From NCBI GenBank assembly GCA_035602135.1, contig DATNMX010000044.1, forward strand, positions 15,269 to 79,268: DNA of 64,000 nucleotides, read 5' to 3'. The position numbers were made by a program, and so were the translations under genes. The notes below the pieces were generated by a model. It was not told the DNA's origin and ran no database searches. It saw only the letters and a program-made list of their open reading frames with translations. This stretch comes from Candidatus Dormiibacterota bacterium (GTDB taxonomy: Bacteria > Acidobacteriota > Terriglobia > Acidiferrales > UBA7541). This document shows, piece after piece, positions 37,773-46,453 of the stretch (the first letter of the stretch is position 1; every line of letters starts with the position of its first letter).

Positions 37773-38551
37773 CGCGTCGATACGATGCGCGGCGCTGCGG
37801 CACGCGTTGCGTGAGCGGTTGGCCTGCTCGAAGGAATGCTCGGTACATCCGTTATTGTCTCGGACGAAACACCCCGCGGTTGGATGCGAGACGCCTTGGC
37901 AGTTCGGGCCTTCGGCCGCATCGTGACATCCGGCACTCCAAATTTTCTGCGCGCCTGTTCCGTATGCAGGTGACATAACGCCACCGCCAACGCGTCCGCG
38001 GCATCTGCAGGCTCCGGCGTTTCGGCCATCGTCAAGAGTGCTCGCACCATTACTTGCATTTGTCTCTTATCCGCGTGCCCGTAGCCTGCCACCGAAGCTT
38101 TCACTTCCCGAGGCGAATAGCTGTGCACCACGATATTATGTTGCGCCGCTGCAAGAAGCACCACACCTCGGACTTCCGCCAGGCGAAGCGCCGTCCGCAC
38201 ATTGAGGGCGCTAAAAATACCTTCAACTGCGAGCGCATCAGGCGAAAACTCTTCAATCAGCCGGCAAAGTAGTGCGTGAACCTCTTGCAACCCTGCACCT
38301 GCCGACTCTTTGTGCCGGCTGGTGCTCACGCGAATCGCGCCATAATGCAATGTCCGGCATTCTCGGCCGTTGCTCTCAACGATGCCGTATCCAGTGGGCC
38401 CAGCGGCCGCTGCATCGATGCCAAGTACGCGAATGCATCGGTTTCGTTCAGGTAATGTGGGCGGGTTGCTCACGGCCACAAGTCTACGGGGTTCCCGTGT
38501 TAGCTGCCACAGCTTTGTGTTTGCGATGCGCAAAACAAAAACCCGAAACAT
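37769..38551 (-). CDS. ruvC: Crossover junction endodeoxyribonuclease RuvC
   Basis: The core is VLGIDAAAAGPTGYGIVE...LAVEGIFSALNVRTALRLAEVRGVVLLAAA...YSPREVKASVAGYGHADKRQMQVMV...PADAADALAVALCH. The start is uncertain. The conserved core begins about 40 codons after the ATG at 38551, and the nearest in-frame alternatives are GTGs about 15 codons upstream of the core. A C-terminal tail of about 60 aa extends beyond typical RuvC. The gene sits in the conserved position downstream of yebC. Confidence 0.85.
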   Translation of the reverse strand: MFRVFVLRIANTKLWQLTREPRRLVAVSNPPTLPERNRCIRVLGIDAAAAGPTGYGIVESNGRECRTLHYGAIRVSTSRHKESAGAGLQEVHALLCRLIEEFSPDALAVEGIFSALNVRTALRLAEVRGVVLLAAAQHNIVVHSYSPREVKASVAGYGHADKRQMQVMVRALLTMAETPEPADAADALAVALCHLHTEQARRKFGVPDVTMRPKARTAKASRIQPRGVSSETITDVPSIPSSRPTAHATRAAAPRIVSTR

Positions 38552-38620
38552 GTGCCTGAAACATGTGACGGAAATGAACGTAATCTGGGCGGTTCGAAAT
38601 CGAACACTGCGAGGAGTTTG

Positions 38621-39376
38621 TTAATTTGCACCCACTGCCGCCTGAATCTCCGATTCATCGATATCAAAGTTGGCGTACACATGCTGGACGTCGTCGTGCT
38701 CTTCCAAAGCCTCAACCAGTCGCACCATTTGCGTCGCCTGCGCGCCTGTAAGCTTGATGTAGTTCTGCGGCACCATGGCTATCTCCGCCGACGTTGGAGT
38801 AATACCCGCCTTCGTTAGTGCGTCTCTCACTTTATCCAGTGTCTCCGGCGGCGTCACGATGTACCAACTTGATCCATCATCTTTCATATCTTCGGCCCCC
38901 GCTTCCAGCACTAGATCCAGCATCTTGTCCTCGCTGGCCGCTTCTTTGGGAACCGTGATCTCGCCTTTGCGGTGGAACATCCATCCAACCGCACCGGCCT
39001 CCGCCATGTTGCCGCCATTTCTGCTCATCAGATGCCTGAATTCGCCAACTACGCGGTTACGGTTCGTCGTCACTACCTGGATCAACATTCCCACGCCGCC
39101 CGGACCGTATCCTTCAAACATCGCTTCTTCGTACTGCTCGCCTTCTAGCTGACCAGTGCCTCGCAGGATGGCCCGCTCGATGTTTTCGTTCGGCATATTC
39201 TCATTCTTGCCAGCCAGAATCGCCGTTCGAAGTCGAGGATTGGAGTTTGGATCGCCCCCGCCAATACGCGCTGCAATCGTAATTTCGCGGATTACACGGG
39301 TGAATACGCGGCCGCGCTTAGCATCGGTGGCCGCCTTTTTATGTTTAATAGTGGCCCATTTTGAATGTCCGGACAT
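38621..39376 (-). CDS. yebC: YebC/PmpR-family DNA-binding transcriptional regulator
   Basis: The N-terminus is canonical (MSGHSKWATIKHKKAATDAKRGRVFTRVIREITIAARIGGGDPNSNPRLR). An AGAGGA Shine-Dalgarno is present. Confidence 0.95.
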   Translation of the reverse strand: MSGHSKWATIKHKKAATDAKRGRVFTRVIREITIAARIGGGDPNSNPRLRTAILAGKNENMPNENIERAILRGTGQLEGEQYEEAMFEGYGPGGVGMLIQVVTTNRNRVVGEFRHLMSRNGGNMAEAGAVGWMFHRKGEITVPKEAASEDKMLDLVLEAGAEDMKDDGSSWYIVTPPETLDKVRDALTKAGITPTSAEIAMVPQNYIKLTGAQATQMVRLVEALEEHDDVQHVYANFDIDESEIQAAVGAN

Positions 39377-39627
39377 AACACATCCTCTTTTTTCTAGTGC
39401 GCAACCGGCGCGCGGTCATCATTTAGGTGAAATTCGCTCGGCAGCGTGCCGCTTTGCGGTCGCAGAAAACCGACCTTAACAGCCGCAACCACTCGTTACG
39501 GGGACTTACAGTGGTACGCGTACCCTGCGGAACCCGCCCAGTTTAGCACAGCCGCCAACGCGGCGAAATCACCGGATCGCCGCCCACAAACAACTACAAT
39601 TCCTCTCCCTGACGCACAATGTTGCTC

Positions 39628-40719
39628 TCACATTTTCCCTAGAGCCTGTAAATACTGCTTGGCAATTGCGCCCCAGGAAAAATACCGCTCCTGGGCCGCA
39701 CGGCTTCTTTCAGAAAGGGATGCGCGATACGCGTTGTCGCTTAACACTCGGAGTAGTGTTGCTCCCCACTCTCCTGTCGAGCCGGGAGGCACAAAGGCTA
39801 CGCCAGCTTCCGTAATTGGTGCAGTTGTCTCCAAGCCTTCGGCCGCTACCACCGGCAATCCGCACGCGATGCCCGCGATGGCGCTCCCTCTCCGCGTAGA
39901 TAATGGCCCCCGGGTAAAAAGCAGTACGTCAGAATCACCGAGCACCCGCACCACGTCTTCTGACGCAAGCAATCCATGTATCGTAACTTCCGCTGGCACG
40001 CCCACGAGTTGTGCTTGGAGAGTTTTCCCGGCAGTTTCCGAGTTCCGCCCCAAAACAGATAGCCGCAATTTTCCTATGCGTTCCGCCGCATAGCGTACCG
40101 CCGCTACAATCAATTTGATTTCTTCCCTCCCAGGCGCGCCTCCGGTAACAGAAAAGACCGCTACCGTCGGAGTCCGCTCCACCGAATTTCGTCGCGACGA
40201 CCATACTTTTTCCGGTGCAGGCAAGTTCGCCCCAACGGGAATGAACATCACATTTTTAGCGTCCTTCGGAAGCCAGGAAATTTTCTCTGCTGGAACTGTC
40301 AGCACAGTCATATCTGCTATTCGCACCGTTTGCCGCATCGTGTACAGCTGGATGATGCGCCGCGCACGATCTGCGATCCGATCGCCGCTGAAGGCTTCCG
40401 TGTCGTGGAACACTATCGCGCAACGCGCGCCATTTTTCTTTAATAAGCGCAGTACCTTTAATACCCTTAGGGAAATTCCGCGTCGCGACCACGCCAGCGC
40501 AGTGTACTGCAAAAGAAACCACGTCTGTTGCCCTCCGATGATCTTTTCGCGCAATTCCCGCAACGCTGCAGACCACCCTACCTCCGGCCATCTCACGCGT
40601 AACAATCCAAAATTTATTCCCTGGCTCTCTAATGTGGATCCCAGATTCGCGCAGTATTCCTGCACGGCGTCGGTGGGTTGATCTCGCGATCCTAGAACGG
40701 CCACCCATCGTTCATTCAT
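39628..40719 (-). CDS. GT-B fold glycosyltransferase-like protein (GT4-like, divergent)
   Basis: The 363-aa product has a C-terminal half with GT1/GT4 architecture (...SDVLLFTRGPLSTRRGSAIAGIACGLPVVAAEG...). The usual E..G...lEAmA.G.PVV glutamates appear to be replaced. This is a by-eye alignment only. Confidence 0.55.
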   Translation of the reverse strand: MNERWVAVLGSRDQPTDAVQEYCANLGSTLESQGINFGLLRVRWPEVGWSAALRELREKIIGGQQTWFLLQYTALAWSRRGISLRVLKVLRLLKKNGARCAIVFHDTEAFSGDRIADRARRIIQLYTMRQTVRIADMTVLTVPAEKISWLPKDAKNVMFIPVGANLPAPEKVWSSRRNSVERTPTVAVFSVTGGAPGREEIKLIVAAVRYAAERIGKLRLSVLGRNSETAGKTLQAQLVGVPAEVTIHGLLASEDVVRVLGDSDVLLFTRGPLSTRRGSAIAGIACGLPVVAAEGLETTAPITEAGVAFVPPGSTGEWGATLLRVLSDNAYRASLSERSRAAQERYFSWGAIAKQYLQALGKM

Positions 40720-41103
40720 CGCAGCAACCGCGTGACAATCGCGAAAGGGCTGAGATATTCCGTCGGCTACAGGATGCGCCGCCTTTTACCAGCGACAAGC
40801 AACCTCTCGCAATGACTCTTCCCACTCGATCCAACGTAAATCCTTTACACTCCGCACTTACAAAAAACAGGGGTCCCCGAGCGGTGCTCCTATGAAAAGT
40901 TCACACCCCGACACCCCGACTACCTGCTCCCGAATTGGTTTTCCTGAGGAATGTCGACGCCCTTGCCACAATTTTAGCCGCTTTGCTGATAACACACCAA
41001 TTACCTGTTACGTGCCAACCGCTGCATACGCCGCGAGACGCGAGCTATCAGCGAGCTCGTTCTGAACCATCCGGGAATTGACCCGAGCCGGAAAGCGGGA
41101 TGT

Positions 41104-41571
41104 TCAGCCGCGGCCAGCCGCAGCAGCACGCTTCTTCATTTCGTCGGGCGACACGTCTTCTTTGTGGGTTGAGATATACCAAACGTGGCCGAAGGGGTCC
41201 GTTAGTCCGCCAGTCCGGTCCCCGTAAAACTGGTCGGCCACCGGTCTGTCCACTTTCCCGCCGGCAGCGACAGCCTGATTGAAAACTGCGTCCACATCCG
41301 CGACGTAGAGAAGAATGCTTACCGGCGAGCCGCCCAAGGACTGCGGACTGCGGGCGCCCATCTTCGGGTTTTCGTCGGCAAGCATGATCGGCGAATCTCC
41401 GATCTTGATTTCGGCGTGCCCGATCTTGCCATCGGGGGCTGCCATGCGCATCAATTCTTTCGCGCCAAAAGCTTTCTTGTAAAACTGTATGGCGCGTGCG
41501 CCGTCGTTTACGATCAAGTACGGCGTAACGGTGTGATAGCCCTCTGGTATCGGTTTTATTTTGCCTGTCAT
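41104..41571 (-). CDS. VOC-family (glyoxalase/bleomycin-resistance, PhnB-like) protein
   Basis: The pattern YLIVNDGARAIQFYKKAFGAKELMRM...GKIGHAEIKIGDSPIMLADE...VADQFYGDRTGGLTDPFGHVWYIST is the PhnB-like VOC pattern. An AAAGGAAG Shine-Dalgarno is present. Confidence 0.85.
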   Translation of the reverse strand: MTGKIKPIPEGYHTVTPYLIVNDGARAIQFYKKAFGAKELMRMAAPDGKIGHAEIKIGDSPIMLADENPKMGARSPQSLGGSPVSILLYVADVDAVFNQAVAAGGKVDRPVADQFYGDRTGGLTDPFGHVWYISTHKEDVSPDEMKKRAAAAGRG

Positions 41572-41828
41572 AAATCAGCTTCCTTTCATTTGAGTGTTCA
41601 GTCTACTGAATGTAGAACGCAGTTTTCCTGCCATCAGGAATCGTGTCATCGAGATGTACGTATAGCCGAGGACATACTCTCGAAGGGCAATTATTTGGCT
41701 TGACAACGGTAACCCATAAGGAACAGCATCTCCGCTCAACTGGTATTGGAGTCCTGCAAGCCCGGACTCCCCCGCTGCTCTGCTTATTCTGCTCGGCTCC
41801 GGTCTGTATGTCGAGGCTGTCCAAGGCG

Positions 41829-41844
41829 GTTGCGCATGCGCAAC
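41829..41844. promoter_or_regulatory. Perfect 16-nt palindrome GTTGCGCATGCGCAAC, 38 nt upstream of the PilZ gene start
   Basis: Read directly from the sequence. It lies in the 310-nt divergent intergenic region between the VOC and PilZ genes. Confidence 0.25.
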
Positions 41845-41881
41845 GCCGTTGGGGAGTGGGCTGAATTTTGGGAGAAGGGTT

Positions 41882-42274
41882 ATGCATCCCATTGATTACA
41901 TTGTGAAGCAACGATCTTCCCCGGGGAGAAGACACCACCAGCGAGTCGAAACACCCCAAGGGGTATGGGTCTACTGGAGTTGTAAAGGACGTGACGATAC
42001 TTCACGAGTTGCAGACTTGAGTGCAGGAGGCCTGTTTCTCGAGACCCACAAGATGCGGGCGGTGGACGTGGTGCTGAAGCTTGACTTTCTTGTCCAGGAA
42101 GGCGCGATCAGCGCCGACGCTGTTGTGCGGCATACGAAGCCTGGGCACGGAATGGGAGTGAAATTCACGTCGATGCGTAATGAAGATCGCTCGCTCCTGG
42201 CGGAGGTGGTGAAACGCTTTCCGGCGCATTCAACATTTCAGCCGACAATCGACAAATCGGCGGCCTCAGCATAA
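41882..42274 (+). CDS. PilZ-domain protein (putative c-di-GMP receptor)
   Basis: The start is probably the ATG at 41882. It has the RRxxxR-type motif (GRRHHQRVE) and the D.S.GG motif (VADLSAGGLFLET), followed by GMGVKF. Confidence 0.75.
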   Translation: MHPIDYIVKQRSSPGRRHHQRVETPQGVWVYWSCKGRDDTSRVADLSAGGLFLETHKMRAVDVVLKLDFLVQEGAISADAVVRHTKPGHGMGVKFTSMRNEDRSLLAEVVKRFPAHSTFQPTIDKSAASA

Positions 42275-42287
42275 ATTCTCTTCGAAG

Positions 42288-43385
42288 CTAAGGCTCTAGA
42301 AGACGCTGGCGAATCATTGTCAGCTCGGAATCCGAAATCTTCAAACCGTCGCGTAGATAGTTGTCAAAGGAACCAAAGAATTTATCGATGTTTGCGAAGG
42401 TGGCTTCGAGGGTCTCGGGCCTTGTGTTCATAATCGTCTTTACCGTGGCGGCATCCGGTGGTTTGGCAAGACCGAAAATTTTCTGAAGATTCTCCGTTGT
42501 ACTTTGAATACTGTCCGAAGCGAGCAAGTAACGGTTGGTGAGCAAGTAATCCTGAATCACCTCTTCGCGAGGAACCCCCAGTGCAGTGAGAAGAATCGCG
42601 CTGAAAACTCCGGTTCGGTCCTTTCCGGAAGTACAATGCTCGACTGTGGGCAGATCTCCCGCGGCGATGCGCCGAAGGATTTTTCCGTACTGTTGAGCGT
42701 CGCTAATCGCGTAATCGTATCCTCGAAGGGAGTCCTTGGTCTGTGCGTTTATCGTCGTGACCCTGCGTTTCAGCTCGTCCGGCGTGAGCGTTCCGTCACG
42801 ATTCGGCCCGATCGGAACAAAAAGGAATTCTGGCGCATTACCAGTCCAATGATCCGGGGACCGCGCGCGCTCGCCGTCTGCACGGACATCGCACACGAGA
42901 CGAATCCCTAAGCTGTTCAGATAATCAGAATCTTTGGCCGTCAAGTTGGTCAGATAATCTGATCTGTAGACCAATCCCCAACGCACATAGCGGCCATCGG
43001 AGGTGCGATAGCCTCCCAAGTCTCGAAAGTTTTTTGCGCCTTCCAAGGGAACTCTGCGGATGGAAACGACGCGCGTGACGCCGGTAGCCGGCTTCAAATG
43101 GAAGTAGACGCGGCCGGAAGATTGCGGAGCCCTCACCTCGGCAGGTGCCTTCCGAATGGTCAGCAGCGGTACGGTGGAATCGATCAGATCAGGCCGCGCG
43201 CTGGTGAAAACCTGGACGGGTCCCTGGGAAGAAGAGGCTTGGAAATCGATTCGATAAATGCCGGGGCTGATCAGTTCGCATGTGGGGTTCTCGATGCCGG
43301 TGCCAGCAATCGAGCTGACGCCGGGCAGAAACAGAGTGACGCTTATCGCGAACAGAAGCACTGCGCCAAGTAGACGCAACCTCAT
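42288..43385 (-). CDS. Exported protein-tyrosine/dual-specificity phosphatase (CX5R family)
   Basis: The ATG at 43385 follows AAAGGA. A signal peptide is present (MRLRLLGAVLLFAISVTLFL). The active-site P-loop is HCTSGKDRTG. Other tyrosine-phosphatase-family patterns are present (NFRDLGGY, RSDYL). Confidence 0.8.
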   Translation of the reverse strand: MRLRLLGAVLLFAISVTLFLPGVSSIAGTGIENPTCELISPGIYRIDFQASSSQGPVQVFTSARPDLIDSTVPLLTIRKAPAEVRAPQSSGRVYFHLKPATGVTRVVSIRRVPLEGAKNFRDLGGYRTSDGRYVRWGLVYRSDYLTNLTAKDSDYLNSLGIRLVCDVRADGERARSPDHWTGNAPEFLFVPIGPNRDGTLTPDELKRRVTTINAQTKDSLRGYDYAISDAQQYGKILRRIAAGDLPTVEHCTSGKDRTGVFSAILLTALGVPREEVIQDYLLTNRYLLASDSIQSTTENLQKIFGLAKPPDAATVKTIMNTRPETLEATFANIDKFFGSFDNYLRDGLKISDSELTMIRQRLLEP

Positions 43386-43803
43386 GCAAGTCCTTTCTGG
43401 AACTTTGCCCGACATCGCCAAGAATTCCGCCGAGAACACGGACAACTCACAACTCCACTGGGCGCGCTAAGCTTGTGTCAAGCATCTAATCACTTTGTAA
43501 ACGACGGAGTCCAGAGCAACCCGAACGAGTAAGTCCGGTTGTAGTATTCGCGCTGGATCGGGTATTGTTCGCTCCCGAAATAGAATCCGAAACCTCATTG
43601 GTCAAATTCAGGAACGAAGCGACCACCTGGATAAGCGTTTCTTCCAATGTATTGTAAACCGATCGAGATGGCTGAAATAGTTAAATTACACAGCGCTGAT
43701 AGCAATTTAAGTTGAGATACTGAAGCACAGCCGACATTACATCGTGCAAGGATTTATAGGTCGCCGCATTGGCCACAGGGCGCGACACTTTAGTGGGTGC
43801 GAG

Positions 43804-44295
43804 ATGAGTGAGAAGAAGATTTATTTGTCGCTGGGGTCGAACGTGGGGGACCGGGAAGCCAATTTGCGGGAGGCGATGGCGGCTTTGGGAGACGCGGGCG
43901 TGCGCGTTACGCGATCGTCGTCTTTGTACGAGACGGAACCAGTGGATTTTCTGGATCAACGGTGGTTCTTGAATTGCGTGGTGGAAGGGAAAACAGAAGA
44001 GACAGCAGAGTCGCTGATCAAGGCATTGCGGGAGATTGAATCGCGGATGGGGAGCAAGAAACTAGTGCCGCGTGGGCCAAGACTGATCGATGTCGACATT
44101 CTGCTGTATGGACAAGATATCATCGACACGCCGGAGTTGCAGGTGCCGCATCCGCGCATGCACCTGCGACGGTTTGTTTTGGTGCCGCTGGCGGAAATTG
44201 CGCCGGAGTTTCGGCATACGTCGTGGGCGGATTCCGTCCAGGGACTATTAGCGGCGACGACGGATCAGAGCGTCGTGCGAAAGTTGGGGGTGTGA
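43804..44295 (+). CDS. folK: 2-amino-4-hydroxy-6-hydroxymethyldihydropteridine diphosphokinase (HPPK)
   Basis: The ATG is at 43804. The product reads IYLSLGSNVGDREANL...SSLYETEPV...RPRLIDVDILLYG...LQVPHPRMHLRRFVLVPLAEIAP. Confidence 0.9.
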   Translation: MSEKKIYLSLGSNVGDREANLREAMAALGDAGVRVTRSSSLYETEPVDFLDQRWFLNCVVEGKTEETAESLIKALREIESRMGSKKLVPRGPRLIDVDILLYGQDIIDTPELQVPHPRMHLRRFVLVPLAEIAPEFRHTSWADSVQGLLAATTDQSVVRKLGV

Positions 44296-44433
44296 GACCG
44301 CCGAGGGCGGAGCGAGACCGATTAAACCCGCAGCCGGACAGCGCGTGCCATTGTGTTGACCTGTGGCGCGCCGCGCCCCAACAATTGCCGGGAAGGAACG
44401 CCGCGATGAACGGTAGAGTATGGTTACTCCGCT

Positions 44434-45561
44434 TCAGTTGGTGCGGTGAAGAAGAAGGCGATGAAGCGTGATGGTTTTGGGCTTTAGCGCGTCCAGCTCG
44501 ATCTGCGCCAGATGGCCGGCGGTGATTTCACGCCAGCGATAGACGCCGGGCTCACTTTCCTGGCGCTCAGGGCCGTCCAAGCGCCGCAGAAATTCGCGGG
44601 CGTCATCGAGAGATGGAGTTTCGCGCAAAGTGGGCCGAGCGAGAGCTTCGATAGCGTAGCTGCGCAGAAGTTTATTCCAGTAGTGGTCAAAGAGGTCGCC
44701 CGACGCGAAGATATCGCTCCAGGCTACTTCGCCGCCATAGGCGACCACCACTCCCACGACGCGTTCTCCCTTAAGACTGGATGTGGCACGCTGGAAACGG
44801 CGCTGCACTCCATCGACGAATGCGTCGACGGAAACTCCCACCATGTTGGCCCTGTAGATTTTTGTATAGGACTGCGTAGGGGCTTCGTTGGCCATCGCGG
44901 CAGCGAAAGCCTCGCTGGAGATGCTCGCTGCTGGCGCTCCGGCTGCACGTGGCGATGTGGAACCCTTTCGAACGGATTCCCACACCAGGCTCTGGTTCTG
45001 GTTGACGGCGGCTTGCTCTCGCACGCTCGGATGCACCATGGTTTTGGCCGCACTGAACTCTAGACCTGAGGACCAGCGACCGCGCTCCACGCAGAAAACG
45101 TCCAGCCGAAGAGGCTCACCGCCGGGCGGGACGATGCGGTCTTTGGAGACGACGCGGTCCTGCTTGCCGCCGCTAACAAGTTCGCCGGCAAGAAGCAGGA
45201 CGGGACGCTTGCCGCGGTTGATGAGCACGAGTTGGTTGACGGAGGCACCCCCATCGTACTGACGCACGGGCGTGCGCGCGTCGCGATCACGCACCAGACC
45301 TTCTGCGCCATGCTCGCGAACGACGACTTCACCGCTGGCGAGACCGTCATCGAGCGTGAGGAATGTTGAAGTGTCCTGACTGGAAGCACTGACCACGGGA
45401 AAGATGGAGATGTTCTCGTAAGTAATACGTTCGAGAAGGCGCCAGTCACCTTCTGGTTTGGGTTGCGGCACATAGGCGGGAATCCATCCAAAAGCCAGAC
45501 TGCCGAGCGTGCTCACGGCAAGCAGGGTGCCAGCCAAAACACCTGCGATCGAACGTTCCAT
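44434..45561 (-). CDS. Membrane-anchored protein of a conserved uncharacterised family (recalled as DUF6569 / ARPP-1-like; unverified)
   Basis: GGAGGA precedes the ATG by 5 nt. An N-terminal TM/signal anchor is present. Conserved-looking blocks are ISIFPVV...FLTLDDGLASGEVVV, LLLAGELVSGGKQDRV, DVFCVERGRWS and VVAYGGEVAWSDIFASGDLFDHYWNKLLRSYAIEAL. Confidence 0.65.
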   Translation of the reverse strand: MERSIAGVLAGTLLAVSTLGSLAFGWIPAYVPQPKPEGDWRLLERITYENISIFPVVSASSQDTSTFLTLDDGLASGEVVVREHGAEGLVRDRDARTPVRQYDGGASVNQLVLINRGKRPVLLLAGELVSGGKQDRVVSKDRIVPPGGEPLRLDVFCVERGRWSSGLEFSAAKTMVHPSVREQAAVNQNQSLVWESVRKGSTSPRAAGAPAASISSEAFAAAMANEAPTQSYTKIYRANMVGVSVDAFVDGVQRRFQRATSSLKGERVVGVVVAYGGEVAWSDIFASGDLFDHYWNKLLRSYAIEALARPTLRETPSLDDAREFLRRLDGPERQESEPGVYRWREITAGHLAQIELDALKPKTITLHRLLLHRTN

Positions 45562-45712
45562 AAATTCCTCCTGTGCGGCGACCTATAGAGGACACGCACA
45601 GGAATAGAACGGGCCCGGTGAGAATTCTTGCAGTGGAAAATGAATCGCCCCCGGATCCGGGCGCCAGAGGAAGAGCAGCTAGTTGAGGTGGTTGCGGGCT
45701 CTCGCTAGCGCC

Positions 45713-46360
45713 TTAGCGGTTGGGATTCCCAAGATCTTTAATGTTTTTGGGGCGCTTATTCTTGGACGATTCCTTTTCGTCGCGTTCGTATTGGACCATC
45801 TCTTCGTCGCTGTAGGAATAGGAGTCTCGCGACGCGAACATAGTATTGTTTCGGCTAGCGTCCTTCCTTTTCTTGCGATGACCTCCGAATTCGTAGCGAA
45901 CCTGACGAATGGGTGCTGAAATGGCCTTCACTTCGACGAGAAGATCGCTAACTTTTTCCAGGATGTCGTGAAGCTGGTAGGGACGGACGACGTACGGAAG
46001 TCGATCGAACTCGAGAGTGCTAATGTCCTGGGTTCCTGCCTCCGGCACGAGATAAAGGACGCGAACACGGCCACCATCTTCGACGGAAACACCAGCCAGC
46101 TCGCGAAGCGTAATAAAGGCCGGACTGTGAACTCCGATCAAGGCAACATCGGCAAGCACAAGAGACCACTCCCCAGTTTTCAGTTCTTCGAGCAACAACC
46201 TGGCGTTCGGAACAAAGCGAACAAGCCAGCCTTCAAAGTCCAGAATCTGACGCAGAGTATGCGAGCTCTGAGCATCGTCGTCGAGAATGAGGATGCCGAC
46301 TGTCAGAGGCTTTGCCGGGAGAAGGGTGCCCATTAGAAAAGTATAGAGGCGACCTGGCAC
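45713..46360 (-). CDS. Atypical receiver (REC)-like domain protein with a highly charged C-terminal tail
   Basis: A CheY-like layout is visible: ILILDDD (acidic pocket) and SLVLADV (phospho-acceptor-like Asp). The conserved Thr/Ser and Lys positions appear substituted (YLVPE, VVRPY). The tail is rich in K, R, E, D and S. The alternative start MGTLL lies at 46333. Confidence 0.5.
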   Translation of the reverse strand: MPGRLYTFLMGTLLPAKPLTVGILILDDDAQSSHTLRQILDFEGWLVRFVPNARLLLEELKTGEWSLVLADVALIGVHSPAFITLRELAGVSVEDGGRVRVLYLVPEAGTQDISTLEFDRLPYVVRPYQLHDILEKVSDLLVEVKAISAPIRQVRYEFGGHRKKRKDASRNNTMFASRDSYSYSDEEMVQYERDEKESSKNKRPKNIKDLGNPNR

Positions 46361-46453
46361 CGAGGTTCCGCGAAAACGAGGTTAGCGGCGTAATGGGTAA
46401 TGTTCGAGATAGCCCATGCGGGCGGTTGAGCGATTGGCCAATCGTACAGTCCC

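Noticed and set aside
37773-37976. First 68 codons of the 305-aa track ORF 37059..37976
   Set aside because: This part overlaps the 3' end of ruvC out of frame. The internal ATG at 37772 starts a signal peptide right after the ruvC stop.
39446-40681. Plus-strand ORFs 39446..40093 (215 aa) and 40115..40681 (188 aa)
   Set aside because: They are antisense to the GT-B glycosyltransferase-like gene, and their low-complexity Ser/Arg/Ala/Pro-rich products have no motifs.
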